Assembly: GCA_951406725.2 (NCBI GenBank)
Contig: OX597826.1
Span: 20,398,001 to 20,462,000, forward strand
Origin: Octopus vulgaris
Taxonomy: Eukaryota
DNA: 64,000 nt
Direction of reading: 5' to 3'
Position numbers and translations under genes: made by a program. The notes under the pieces are model-generated. The model did not search any database. It worked only from the letters and a program-made list of their open reading frames with translations, and was not told the DNA's origin. Each line of letters starts with the position of its first letter. The first letter of the stretch is position 1. Shown here one piece after another: positions 1 to 12,583 of the stretch.

Positions 1-138
1 ATATTAGGACATATATATGCCCCCGACGGAAAAAAATGGGCATTAGTACGCGCAGATAACGATCTCACACCTTTTATTTTTGCAATAAATGTGCTGATTG
101 GTTACACCAACAAACCCAACTATATTTTCCAGTTAACT

Positions 139-357
139 TTAGTAACTGTGAGCGTTTGTGTTCGTGTTTGTCTTCCACCACCATTTGGGAATCAATGTAC
201 GTTTGCTTACATCCCCGTAATTTAGCGAATCGGCAAAAGAGACCCATAGAATAAGTACCAGAGTTTTAAAGATAAGTGCTGGGGTTAATTTGCTCAACTT
301 CAACCCCTCAAGACGATGCTCTAGCATGGCCGCAGTCCAATGACTGAAACAAAAGAC
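139..357 (+). mobile_element. 3' part of a SINE (same family as 14568 and 15400 copies)
   Basis: Shares the body and tail (TCCCCGTAA..TAGCG..TCGGCAAAAGAGAC..ATAGAATAAGTAC..AGCATGGCCGCAGTC..ATGACTGAAACAA) with the full copies at 14568-14970 and 15400-15815. Confidence 0.8.
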
Positions 358-394
358 ACACACATACACACACACACGTACGCACACAGACATA

Positions 395-431
<37 letters not shown>

Positions 432-753
432 CAACACAGTAATACAGATGATGGCATTACAGTAATCAATCAGTTACGATCGTTTCAATAATTAGTGGAA
501 ATGTCACTTCAATCAGCATGTTAGGTAATTCTGTTAAAAAAGATTTATATAAAACCATAACAGATGAAATTTTCCATCAATATTCTCATCAAACGTGACA
601 TAAATGCAATAATATCAAAGGACTATCTGAAAGACTCACCCGGATTTTTAAAATCCTTATCCTGGTATGTATGTATGTATGTATGTATGTATGTATGTAT
701 GTATGTATGTATGTATGTATGTATGTATGTATGCATGCATGCATGTATGTATG

Positions 754-823
<70 letters not shown>

Positions 824-824
<1 letters not shown>

Positions 825-1572
825 CGTGCTTGTATTTTTTGTTGTACACTTTCGTGTCGTCCTGTGCCCACATATGCATATATATATATATATATATATA
901 TGCATATATATTATTTATATTATTATATGATTGGATGCCACGCATTCTCTCCCAAGTAAGTTTTATAATAATTCTGATGCGCACTCTATACGATCTTTTT
1001 ACTCTTTCGTTTTTCTCTCTTTCTCTCTCTTATACTTTTAGCTCTTGTTCCACTGTTCTATCCTATTATTCTGTCACTCTCTCTCCCTCACTCCTCCTCC
1101 CTTGCTCACGTGGCTCCCACGTGACCATCGGCCATCTTTCTCCTCCTAACTTGTGTTTCTTTCTCTCTGTTGTAGCTGGAACCAGGAAGACGTGTTCTTG
1201 TTTGTCTCCTGTCCAAGCTTGATTTACGCGTTCGCCACTATAACCTCGTTTAGGCCTAACAGCTCTTCGTCTTTGTTTTCACTATTCTGTTTGTGTTACC
1301 AATTTTGACCTTCCACAAAATCCCAAATTTTATTTAATTTGCTTTGCGGGAGCAACTGTTTTATCGAAAGCGTATATTGTTGTTAAATTCTCGAAATACG
1401 AGACTAGAGAAACAGCCAACAACTGATGAAGGGTCGTTCTTTATCTTGTTTGGTTTGTCTTCCATTTGTGTCTTTCGTTGTTCGAAAGAATAGTTCATGT
1501 TCTATGTACTCGTGCTTCGTATTTTTTGTTGTACGCGTTTCGTGACGTCCTGTACTCACATATGCGTATAAA
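824..1572 (+). mobile_element. Non-autonomous PLE-like element with partial tandem (pseudo-LTR-like) terminal repeat
   Basis: An imperfect ~60-bp direct repeat at 824-882 and 1510-1572 (period ~686), flanked by (TA)n-type repeats. Contains CTGATGAAGGG (1423) and the 3' motif TCCTGTACTCAC, both shared with the minus-strand element at 53212-53388. Confidence 0.55.
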
Positions 1573-1604
1573 TATACGTACAGATGTATGTACATATACG
1601 TATG

Positions 1605-1639
<35 letters not shown>

Positions 1640-3894
1640 GGATAGATAGAAGTAGATATTCTTCATCAATGCGCCTCAGGAACTGATTTTTGCTGACGTC
1701 TCGGAAACTAGGTGTTTGTTCTTCCGAAGATCCAGTCTCAAATGAAGGACGCACAAGGATTGAGTGGCTCTTAAAGTCTTGTGTGCCAAATCGCTAATGT
1801 TAAATGAATGAGTAATAAGTATCTTCTCTGGTAGGCCAACAGTCCACTGCGAGTGACATTCCCTCGCAATATAGTATCAGTTGTATGAGATCTTAGTGAA
1901 TTCACTTCACATTGAATTACGAACCGATTATAGATCAACAAAGATTTATGTATATGACTTAAGAGTCGCTAGTTCAATACTTTTACTCTAGTGACCTCTA
2001 AGATCGTCCCGGGTCGTTTGGAATATATTCCTAGTTAGAGAAAGATCAATAAATTAAAGACGGCCATGATAAATTGAGGATATAACATTGTAAATGATTA
2101 CAAGTTCAATGAAGAGATTTCTATATTGTAGATTAAAAATAACAATTAGATGTGGAGACGAAATGTTTATTAATCAGTCATAATGATACTGCCATTGAAA
2201 TTGTGGATAATTCTATTGAAATAATGAATGTGAATTGATTATTAAATTGTTAAGTAAACTGATTTTATTGAACGCTTCAGTTGATTTCTCTTGAATAAAG
2301 ATTTCGTTGCTATTGAGATCGTCTGCCACGTTGATGACAGCAGCCATGTTGGTAGAGAGTAAGTAAAGTAGTACAACAGTTTGGGATTGATAGAAGGAGC
2401 AGGAATCTATCTGCTGACTCAAACGACCAGAATTCATCGTCTCCCATCAAATTAGCCATCGGGTTAGTTAAAGAAATCAATATTCTGATTACTAATTGCA
2501 GCGTGTGTGTGTGTGTGTGTGTGTGTTTAAAGAGTTACTTTTTCTAAATCTTTCTCCGGCAAAGGCGTCCACATTTTGTTACGAGGAAAGAGATGCTGCC
2601 TTCACAAGGGGGTGGGGTGGCAAGTGGATGCTTGTATGCGTATGTGAGAGGGTGTGTGGATGCGTGTGTGTATGTGTGTGTGTGTCTGCACGTGTTTGTA
2701 TGAGTGTGTATGTGTGCGCGTGTATGTGTGTATGAGGGGATGTGTGTGTGTATATGTACATGTGCGTATGCGCGCGCGTATGTATGTGCATGTGCACATG
2801 TGTGTATGTGTGTATATGTATGTGTGTATATGTGTGCATGTCTGTGTATCTGTGTATGTATGTGTATGCGAGTGTGCATATGTGTGTATGCGTATATGTA
2901 TGCGCGTGATGTATGTGTGCGTGAATGTGTGTATATGCGCGTGTGTATGTGTGTGTATGAGAGTGTCTATGTGTGTGTATCTATATATGCATGTGTATAT
3001 GTAATATGTGTCCGTTGGTGTATGTCTGTGTGATTATGATCCGTTCTGTGCGGACTCAGAACCGGTGACACCCGAAGTGTGGTCCCTTATTTTAATATAA
3101 AAGTTGATAAATAAAACGTAAACCAAATGCATTTTCATATTTCGTGTCACAGCAAAGTTAAACGTTAAAATCAAGAAGAAACTAATGCGAATTTCTCTAA
3201 TTTTTACTTTGGATTCTCCTGATTTTTCACAACAAAATCGTCGCCATTGCAAATGCATCTAAGCTATGTGTGTACGTGCATGCGTATGACGTGTGAGTGT
3301 GTGAGTGTGTGTGTTATTGTACTTTCAATCTGTAATTTTAATTTTACTCCATCTTTGTGCCACTACATTCAGTGATTTTCGGATGGTCAGAGCCGGAATG
3401 CTTCGATCGGGGCTGACCTGAAGTTAAACAACAACAACATCGGCGACTGCGATGACAGTGGCTGCTTAATTTAGTAACCTCAAAAGAAAACACTTTTGAT
3501 CACTTAAATCTACAACTGTAGTAATGAGATTAATAATTAATCTGAACGGTTAATTCAGGTAAAGATAGGATGGGGAGACAACCTTGATACTTTAATTAAT
3601 TAAAATTAAATCAATATGGGATACAGCGTGTGTGAGTGATGAATAGTCGTACTATAACGTCTCTTATTTTTCCTTAGTAATTTATTTATGATTATTCCCC
3701 TAATTAATGTCGTAAATTTAATTAGCTAAACTTTCTTGGCATATTACATGAAGCACCCTCCATGTAATGAAATAAAGATATCGGCACATACTGGATTCGA
3801 ACTTAGAATCTAAACATTGTTGCATGGGCCCTGGATGAACAACAGGGTAAAATCTGCACTTAGCATATTTTGATCTCATAATCCAAACAGGTAA

Positions 3895-4095
3895 TATTGA
3901 CACAAGGCCAGCAATTTTAAGGGTTAAATCGATTACATTGACCCCCAGTGCTCGGTTGGTACTCATTTTATCGACCCCAAAAGAATGAAAGGCAAAATCG
4001 ACATCAGTGTATTTTGAACTCAGAACGTGGAGAGGAATGAAGTGCCGCTAAGCTTTTTGCCTGACGTGCTAACGGCTCTGCCACATCGCCACCTT
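3895..4095 (-). mobile_element. tRNA-derived SINE (family with GAGTTCAAAT B-box), minus copy
   Basis: Reverse complement of the 4124-4360 copy (GGCAGA..CGTTAGCAC..TTAGCGGCA..TTCTGAGTTCAAA..GTCGA.TTTGCCTTTCA). Confidence 0.75.
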
Positions 4096-4123
4096 TAGTT
4101 TGGTTAACATCAGTGTTGAAGTT

Positions 4124-4360
4124 AAGGCAGCGAGCTGGCAGAATCGTTTGCAGGTCGGACAAAATGCCTAGCGGCATTTCGTCCGTCGCTCTGTTCTGAG
4201 TTCAAATTCCGCCGAGGTCGACTTTGCCTTTCTTCCTTTTGGAGTTGATGAAATGAGTACCAGTTATATACTGGAGTCGATGTATACTGGACTCCAGTAT
4301 ATAACTGGTACACCCCCTCGTCCACCTCGAAATTGCTGGCCTTGTGTCAAAATTCGAAAT
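4124..4360 (+). mobile_element. tRNA-derived SINE (GAGTTCAAAT B-box family)
   Basis: AAGGCAGCGAGCTGGCAGAATCG head, B-box GAGTTCAAATTCC, then GCCGAGGTCGACTTTGCCTTTC; the same motifs recur several times in the window. Confidence 0.8.
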
Positions 4361-4384
4361 CAAAATAATTTTTATTACAAGGAC

Positions 4385-4553
4385 ATTTTAGCAAGGTGGA
4401 GGGTGTTATCGATACTTTATTGGTACTTATTTTATCGACCTTAAAAGGATGAAAGACAAAATTGAACTCGGCGACATTTGAACTCAGTGCCGGAGGAAAT
4501 GCGGTACAGCTTTTTGTCCGGCATAGTAACTATTCTTCCAGCTTGCCGCCTTT
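4385..4553 (-). mobile_element. SINE, same family, minus copy
   Basis: TTTTATCGACC..AAGGATGAAAG.CAAA..ATTTGAACTCAG..CCAGCT.GCCGCCTT is the reverse complement of the 4124 family. Confidence 0.7.
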
Positions 4554-4924
4554 AATGTCATGTAAGGTTATTAATGTGACATTAATACTGGTTGTTAATG
4601 TTGATGTTAAATTATTATAAACGTTAATGTTATGTTAATGGTATGTGTATATGGTTGTTAATGATATGTTTATGTTATGTTAGTATAAGGTTATTAATGC
4701 TTTGTTAATGTTTAATATAAATCTGTTAATGATGTTAATGCTGTTAATGTTCGTTAGTGTTTAATTAACATAACGTTGTTAATATTATGCAATAGCGTTG
4801 TCTTCAAGACTACTCTTCTCTGATCGCGTGTGTGGGTGCTGGCGGGGAACTGAGGGTAGGGAACGGGTAAAGAGGGGGAAACAGAAAAAAAGGTAAGAAC
4901 CATTGAATCTAAACAGTGTGCAAT

Positions 4925-5100
4925 GTCTGGCAAACTGACAGAATCGTCAACGCGTCGGACAAAATGCTTAGCGGCATTTCTTTCGGGTTTGTGTTCCGAG
5001 TCGATTTCGCTTTTCATTCTTTCGGGATCGATAAAATAAAGACCAGTCAAGTACTGGGGTCAATGTAGTCCCCTTTCTCACCAAAATTCCAGGCCTTGTG
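4925..5100 (+). mobile_element. SINE, same family, internally deleted
   Basis: CAGAATCGTCAACGCGTCGGACAAAATGCTTAGCGGCATTTC...GATAAAATAAAGACCAGTCAAGTACTGGGGTC. Confidence 0.7.
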
Positions 5101-5257
5101 TAACAAAAATAATAAAAGAACAATGGAAAAAAAAACGTCTACCTTTTTTGACACACGAGTATAACCTGGGGTTAATAAAGGATATCGTCCTGGTTAGATA
5201 AAGGGGGAGTGTCTATATTCACTACAGCTTGTCACGTGACACGAGCTGGCAGAAACG

Positions 5258-5420
5258 TTAGCACGCCAGGACAAACGCTTCGCGGCATTCGTCCTTCAGT
5301 ATGTTCTGAGTTCAAATTACACCGAGGTCGACTTTGCCTTTCATCCCTTTCGGAGTTTATAAAATGAGTACCAGTTGAACACTGGGGTCGATGTAATCGA
5401 CTTAAGCCTTCCTCCGAAAT
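5258..5420 (+). mobile_element. SINE, same family
   Basis: CGAGCTGGCAGAAACGTTAGCAC...TTCTGAGTTCAAATTACACCGAGGTCGACTTTGCCTTTCATCC. Confidence 0.75.
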
Positions 5421-5828
5421 TTGAAGCTGATATTAGTTTATGATAGTTGGCCACACTGTGTGGTTTTGTGTGGTGTGTATGCATGTGTATGTGTGGGCTG
5501 CCTAAGTGTGTATATATATTTGCGTTTGGCTGTCACAATGTGTGGATTGATATGTGTGTTTGTACCTGTTTATGTGTCTGTGATTGTGTGAGCTGTGTAT
5601 GTGAGTATGTGTTTGTGTCTGTATGTGTAAATGTATTTGCATGTGTACGATTGTGTATTTGTGTCTATATGTATGTGTGGGTTGTGTAAGTGATTGATCT
5701 GTTGATCGTTATGGTGAGTTGTTCTACATATCTTAAACACGTCGGTGTGTGCGTGCGCGCGCGCGCGAGATCTGGGATTTATACAATGTTTGCATAAACA
5801 ATCAGCGTTAGATGTTCAATGTTTGGAA

Positions 5829-5886
<58 letters not shown>

Positions 5887-6273
5887 CTAAACTTGTCAAA
5901 GATGGTCGAAACTCAACAGAGACCCCTGTCAACCCCAAATATTCTCTATGTAGCAGGCAAATGAAACGAAACGAAAGAAAAAACCTCCCAAAAAACCCCA
6001 ACAATAAACAAGATTAAACAAAAAACAGAAATGAAACGAAACGAAACAGAACCTCCCCCCCACCCCCGCGCAAAATAAAAGATTATCTTAATAGTTTCTC
6101 TGAATTAAATCTGATGTCAGCAGTAATAGTAGTAGTGGCGGTGGTAGTGGTGTATTTGGGTGGGTTGGCAGAGGTAGTTGTTGATATATGCTTTTATTGC
6201 CCAGATCACTGCACCTCTCTTCTATTTACTTTAGTCACCCCGTCCCCCACTTTATTTTCCCTTCTTTTTATCA

Positions 6274-6366
<93 letters not shown>

Positions 6367-7277
6367 ACTACTACTACTACTACTACTACTCATGCTGCTG
6401 CTGCTACTACTGCTGCTGCTGCTTCTTCCTGAGATATCGCTGTGCTTCAAATTTGTTTATTAATATCATATGTTTGTTTGTTTGTTTGTTTGTTTACATG
6501 TTTGTTTGTATTGTATTATTTATTTTATTTTAATTTTAAAAAGCTTCAAAGAATTTCCACAAAATTTTAAGTAAATAAATAAATAAATAAATAGATAGAA
6601 ACAAAAAGAACGAAAGAAAGAAAGAAAGAAGGAAAATCAGAAATTCCATCCATAAAGAAGGCTCTCGGTTTTGGTGATGAGTTTTCGTAAAATAAAAGAA
6701 TGCAACATAAAAATGGTAAACATTGTCATTCTTTGAGTGAGAAAATGGAAGATAGAACCGAAATAACGATAAAAATCGAAAATAAAATTTAATAGAAAAA
6801 TTGATTTTCTTTGAGCCAAATGAAAATATAAATAATTATAAAATGACATCGGTGAAAGAATATATAAAAATGAAAATCATTTAAAGAAGAAGAAGAAGAA
6901 GAAGAAGAAGAAGAAGAAGAAGAAGAAGAAGAAGAAGAAGAAGAAGAAGAAGAAGAAGAAGAAGAAGAATAATAATAAGAAGAAGAAGAAGAAGAAGAAG
7001 AAGAGGACAATGAAAAAGAAGATGAAATAAAAAGAGACGAAGAAGTGAAATGAAGTATCGTCGTTTGAAAATATTGAATAATAAAAGTTAAAGTGGTTTT
7101 GATATAAATGGATTTCTTGTTAACGTCTGAACGACTCAAGAACACAAGAAGGAATGGGCAAGAATTATGAAACATCCTTCATGTAATGGCGGCAGATATG
7201 TGGATGTGTGTGCGTGTGTGCGTGTGTGTGCGTGTGTGTGTGTTTGTACTTTTGTGACAGGCATATACATACATACA

Positions 7278-7353
<76 letters not shown>

Positions 7354-7847
7354 TATACATATATGTGTATGTGTATGTATGTATATATATGTATGTATTA
7401 TACGAATAGAATAAGAGAGAAAGAGAGAGAGGGGGGAAGAGAGGAGAGAGAGAGAGAGAGAAAGAAAGGTGGCGTGGTGGTGCTGATGCTGGATGTATTA
7501 ATGAAACAGGAAATGCAGAAAGGAAAGGAAAAAAGAAAGTGAAACTGAAATTGAAGGACAACAACAACACCAACAACAATGACGACGACGACGACGACGA
7601 CAGTAGCAACACCTATGGTATGTGTGTGCGTATATGTGTGCGTGTGTATGTGCGTGTGTATGCGTTTATGTGTGTGTATATGTGAAACAATGAATTTTAG
7701 AAATATTTTATTATTGAGCAATTAATTTTGGTTTGTCCACAGAGAACAACGAAGGCTGGACGCTATATATGAGTGTGTATATGTATGTGTCTGTATACAC
7801 ACACACACACACACACATATATATGTGTATATATGTATATATAAATG

Positions 7848-7896
<49 letters not shown>

Positions 7897-7999
7897 ATAC
7901 ATACACATATATATGTGTACAGAGAGAGAGAAAGAGAGAGAGAGACAGTAGGAGGGACAGTATTATATATATGTATATGTGAGTGCATACATACACGTA

Positions 8000-8103
<104 letters not shown>

Positions 8104-8244
8104 GAGAGTACGGTTGGGTGGGGATCGGCAGAAAGGTGTTATTCCAAAATGTAATGACAATATTGAGGAATACAGAAGAATCTGATTGGTTAGGGTTTGA
8201 AATGGAGAAACGAAGAATTGAAACAGGAAAATAATATAGCATCG

Positions 8245-8790
8245 AAGGCAGTGGCGGTGGCGGTGGCGGCGGTGGTGGTGGTTTGTTATTTCGAGGCGTG
8301 TCTGTGGTGGAGGAATGCAGTGGCGGTGGTAGTAAGTGAGAGGCAGTTGGCAGGGACGGAGTATAATGGTGGTGGAGGTGGTTGTGGTGGTGGTCTTGGA
8401 GGTTGTGCTGCTGTTGGTAGTAGTGGTGATGAGGATGGTTTTGGTAGTGGTGGTGGTGGTGGTGATGATGGTTGTGGTGGTGGTGGTGGTGGTGATAGTG
8501 TTGATGGTGGTGGTAATAGTTGTACTGATGTTGATAGCAGTGATGATGGTAGTGATGGAGGTAGTGGTAGTGGTGGTGGTAGTGGAGGTAGTGACGGCGG
8601 CGGTGGTGGTGATGGAGGTAGTGGTAGTGGTAGTGGTGGTAGTGGCGGTGGTGGTGGTGGTGGTGGTGGTGGAGGTAGTGGTAGTGGTAGTGTTGGTAGT
8701 GGCGGTGGTGGTGGTGGTGGTGGTGGAGATGGCAGTGGTGGTGGTGGTGGTGGTGGTGGTGGAGATGGTAGTGGCGGCGGCGGTGGTTTC
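8245..8790. repeat. (GGT/GGC/AGT)n low-complexity G-rich tract
   Basis: Visible trinucleotide mosaic; it explains the Gly-, Val- and His-rich pseudo-ORFs in the track. Confidence 0.9.
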
Positions 8791-9218
8791 GAAGCGATAT
8801 ATGGGAAGAAAGAAGTATGATGATGAAAGTAATCACAGCAAAGAATCGATCTGTGAGGAGTGAAGGGGGTGGAGTGTGTGTGTGTGTGTGTGGAGAAGAC
8901 AGGTAGAGAGAGAGAGATGAAGAAAGAGACCCATCCACCCCGTGTACCCGTGTTGGGTCTGTAGAAGGACCTTTGCTGGTGAAGTAGGCCTTATTGTGGC
9001 AATGTGATCAAAGATTGTGATTAAAGAGAATTAAAGGAAGACGTTAAATCCCTCCAACATCCGCTGAAATGACGGTGGCGGCGGCGGCGGCGGTGGTTGT
9101 GGTGGGAGGACAGCTTTGACAACGGTGGTGGGAGTGGTGGTGGTGGTGGTGGTGGTGGTGGTGGTGGGAGTGGTGTTTTTATTATTGCAGAGAGAGAATG
9201 AGAGATAGGTAGATAGGT

Positions 9219-9249
<31 letters not shown>

Positions 9250-9479
9250 GAGAAAGGGAGAGAGGGAGGAAGCAGGAGATAGAGGAATGCACTAGAGACT
9301 CAGGAAGCTAGTCAGATAGATAAATTGATAGATAGGTAGATATATAAAGAGAGGGACAGAGGGAAAGAGAGAGGGAGAGAAGAGGAATTACGTAAGTTTG
9401 TGCGTTTGCAAAATGGTGTCTAGAAACGGTGGAGTGTCATTATGTCATATTTTCTTCATTATATTAGGTGTTTGTGTGC

Positions 9480-9522
<43 letters not shown>

Positions 9523-9579
9523 CATATATTTGTCTATCTATCTAAGGGTGTATGTATTTGTATGTACATATGAATGTTG

Positions 9580-9655
9580 GTGCGCGGGTGTGCGCGGGTG
9601 TGCGCGGGTGTGCGCGGGTGTGCGCGGGTGTGCGGCGGGTGTGCGCGGGTGTGCA
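9580..9655. repeat. 10-bp CpG-rich minisatellite (GTGCGCGGGT)n
   Basis: About 7 tandem units visible. Confidence 0.9.
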
Positions 9656-10403
9656 TGTGTGTGCAGATGTGTGTGAGTGTGGGGATGCGCGCAGTAAGCT
9701 TGGTCCTTTCTCAAACTTTTGTTTCTGTTCAACGTTTGGAAAGTTTGAGAGAAAACCAGAATTCTTTTACTACTTTCACTCACCGGACAGCGGCCAAGCT
9801 GTAGCACCACCTTCACGGGATTGAATCGATCATATTAACTATATCCGTCTTTATAAACTTACGTAGTTGCTCCAAATAATTAATAAAGGAATATTTGTTG
9901 AGTATTTTTGATGAAAAATACACCACTACGTATAATTATGACGTACCTTATGAGGTGTCCACACAGCAGAATGCTGAGGTGTTTTCTTACCGAATATGTG
10001 AGTGTGAAGATGTGGGGAGGAACAGGTTTGGGGATTGCCGTCCGTTAGGTAGTGAGTTCGATTAGCAGGCAGGTGGGTACATTGAGTCCTTGAGCAAGGT
10101 TACACATACATGTATGTATGTATGTATGTATGTATGTATGTATGTATGTATGTATGTATGTATGTATGCATGCATGTATGTATGTACGTACGTATGTATG
10201 TATGTATGTATGTATGTATGTATGTATGTATGTATGTATGTATGTATGCATGCATGTATGTATGTACCTATGTATGTGTGTGTATGTATATATGTGTGTA
10301 TTTATGTATGTATGAATGCATGTATGTATGTATGTACGTATGTATGGGTGTGTGTGTATGTATGTATCAATCTATCCACATATATATTCAGATATATATC
10401 ATA

Positions 10404-10772
10404 CTAGCAGTATCGCCCGGCGTTGCTCGGGTTTGTAAGGGAAATAACTATAAAGCATTTTTAGAGAGTTATAGCCAAAAAATGGAAAAAAAATGATGGT
10501 AATTTTTTTTAGTTAAAAAGGTCGAGTTGCGTCATCTAGACAGTCTGTGGTTTGTGTTTCTGATTGTTGACCCCATGTCGAATTTATCGATTTTTTTCAG
10601 AACTGGGGGAACTTTTCAAAATTTTCGCTGCGTTAGTTTTGAATTATGACATTGGGCTATGTGTGTGTCAAGTTTCATCAGAATCAGTTGAAAGCCGTGG
10701 TCAGGGTGAGGGTACAACCTAACAGACGCACAGAAACACACACAGACAAACTGCCGTTTATATATAGAGAGA
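10404..10772 (-). mobile_element. Non-autonomous Helitron
   Basis: On the minus strand it starts TC (TCTCTCTATATATAAACGGCAG), has a subterminal hairpin CCCGAGCAACGCCGGG and ends CTAG. It lies between host A and T with no TSD. Confidence 0.85.
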
Positions 10773-10826
10773 TATATTATACATGTATATATATATGTTT
10801 ATACATATACATACACATATACATAC

Positions 10827-10878
<52 letters not shown>

Positions 10879-10937
10879 ATATATATATGTATATATATGT
10901 ATGTATATACATATACAAATAAATATGTGTGTGTGTG

Positions 10938-11024
<87 letters not shown>

Positions 11025-11040
11025 ATATATATGTATATGT

Positions 11041-11390
11041 GGCGGAGCAATGGCCTTGTGGTTAGGACTCGTGGTCGTAGGGATCGCGGTTTCGATTCCC
11101 AGACCGGGCGTTGTGAGTGTTTATTGAGCGAAAACACCTAAAGCTCCACGAGGCTCCGGCAGGAGGTGGTGGCGTTCCCTGCTGTACTCTTTCGCCACAA
11201 CTTTCTCTCATTCATTCTTCTGTTGGCCTGCTCGCTTAGCCAGCAGGGTGGCGTCACTTAAAGGCTAAAACAATGCGAAGTGCATTGTGACCAGCGGTGT
11301 GTAGCAACATCTGAGAACCTGGTCGGCCTCTGAGAACATCTGAGAACCTGGTCAAGTGACTGAAACAAATAAAAGAATAAAAGAATACAT
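11041..11390 (+). mobile_element. tRNA-derived SINE (second family)
   Basis: A-box-like TGGCCTTGTGG and B-box-like GTTTCGATTCCC in a tRNA-like head; A-rich tail (AATAAAAG)n. Confidence 0.75.
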
Positions 11391-11649
11391 GTACATAAGT
11401 ATGAATAAATGAATAAAAGCAGACGATGGACAATTTTCAGCTCATAACAGCTGTTTCTTGAGCATTTCTTTAATAGAAGAATGAGAACATTACTTCATTG
11501 CAAAGAACCGTAGTCATATATATGTATATACGTATATATGTATATATATGTGCATGTAAACATACGTGTATATATATATGTCCTGTCCGTGTTTATTGTA
11601 TCGTCTTCTAAGAGTTATACGTTCTTGTCCATGTATTTTTCTACATACC

Positions 11650-11713
<64 letters not shown>

Positions 11714-11722
11714 CATACATAC

Positions 11723-11763
<41 letters not shown>

Positions 11764-12145
11764 TATATGTATGCATGTATGTATATATCTATGTATTGAT
11801 GCTTGCATGCATGTATGTATATGTAACCTTGCTCAAGGACACAATGTACTAACCTGCCTGTTAATCGAACTCTCAACCTAGCGAACAGCAATCTCAAAAC
11901 CTGAACTTCCTCAAATCTTTACAGTCATATTTTCGGTAAAAGACACTTCAATATTGTTCTGAGTAACTCATAATCGAATACCTCATAATTGAGAGAAAAG
12001 GGTTTGCAAAAAAGAGGAAAACTTGGGTACAAAGTAAAATACTTTCCATGACGCCAAGAAAGAAATAGGAAGGCACTTTGTGAACGGTTGCCCTGCCAGG
12101 AATCGTTGCCAAATCTTCTTCAAACCAATACTTGTGGACTCAGAA

Positions 12146-12376
12146 CAGCGCTTCTCAACTATTTTGAAGTCAAAATACTTCTATGCCACTTCTAAGCCAC
12201 TGAAGATTCTTCAGTGGCTTAGAAGTATTTTGACTTCTATTTGTATGTAGTACCGTAGTATATATACATATATATTTATATATCTTATATATAATTATTA
12301 ACTTGTCTATAACGCTTGTGGTTGCTAACGTTATTATTATATGTGTATATATATATGTGTGTATGTATGTATGTAT

Positions 12377-12414
<38 letters not shown>

Positions 12415-12583
12415 GAAATCTTTACTGAATTTCTATAATTAGATAATATCAGGAATTATATAAAAATAATTAAAATATTTTGTGTATTGTACAAGTATAA
12501 CCAATTTATTGCAGTTAATTTTTAATGAACGGAATCTTAAGTGAACCCTCAAGGGCCGTGTGGACCCTGGTTGAAAACCACTG
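12146..12583. mobile_element. hAT-like MITE interrupted by a hairpin insertion
   Basis: Ends CAGCGCTTCTCAACT / GGTTGAAAACCACTG resemble CAGTGGTTCTCAACC hAT TIRs; no clear 8-bp TSD. Confidence 0.5.

Noticed and set aside
465-530. Minus-strand GAAAC-GATC-GTA with upstream CTGATTGA
   Set aside because: Core spacing and stem I do not fit a hammerhead; at best a decayed relic.
564-1222. ORFs rich in YI, MYVC, CV, HT or LSIY here and throughout the window
   Set aside because: They are translations of (TA)n, (TATG)n, (TG)n and (TATC)n microsatellites.
11435-11515. Minus-strand GAAACAGCTGT (and GAAACGATCA at ~14381)
   Set aside because: No CUGANGA box or stem I, so no ribozyme can be called.
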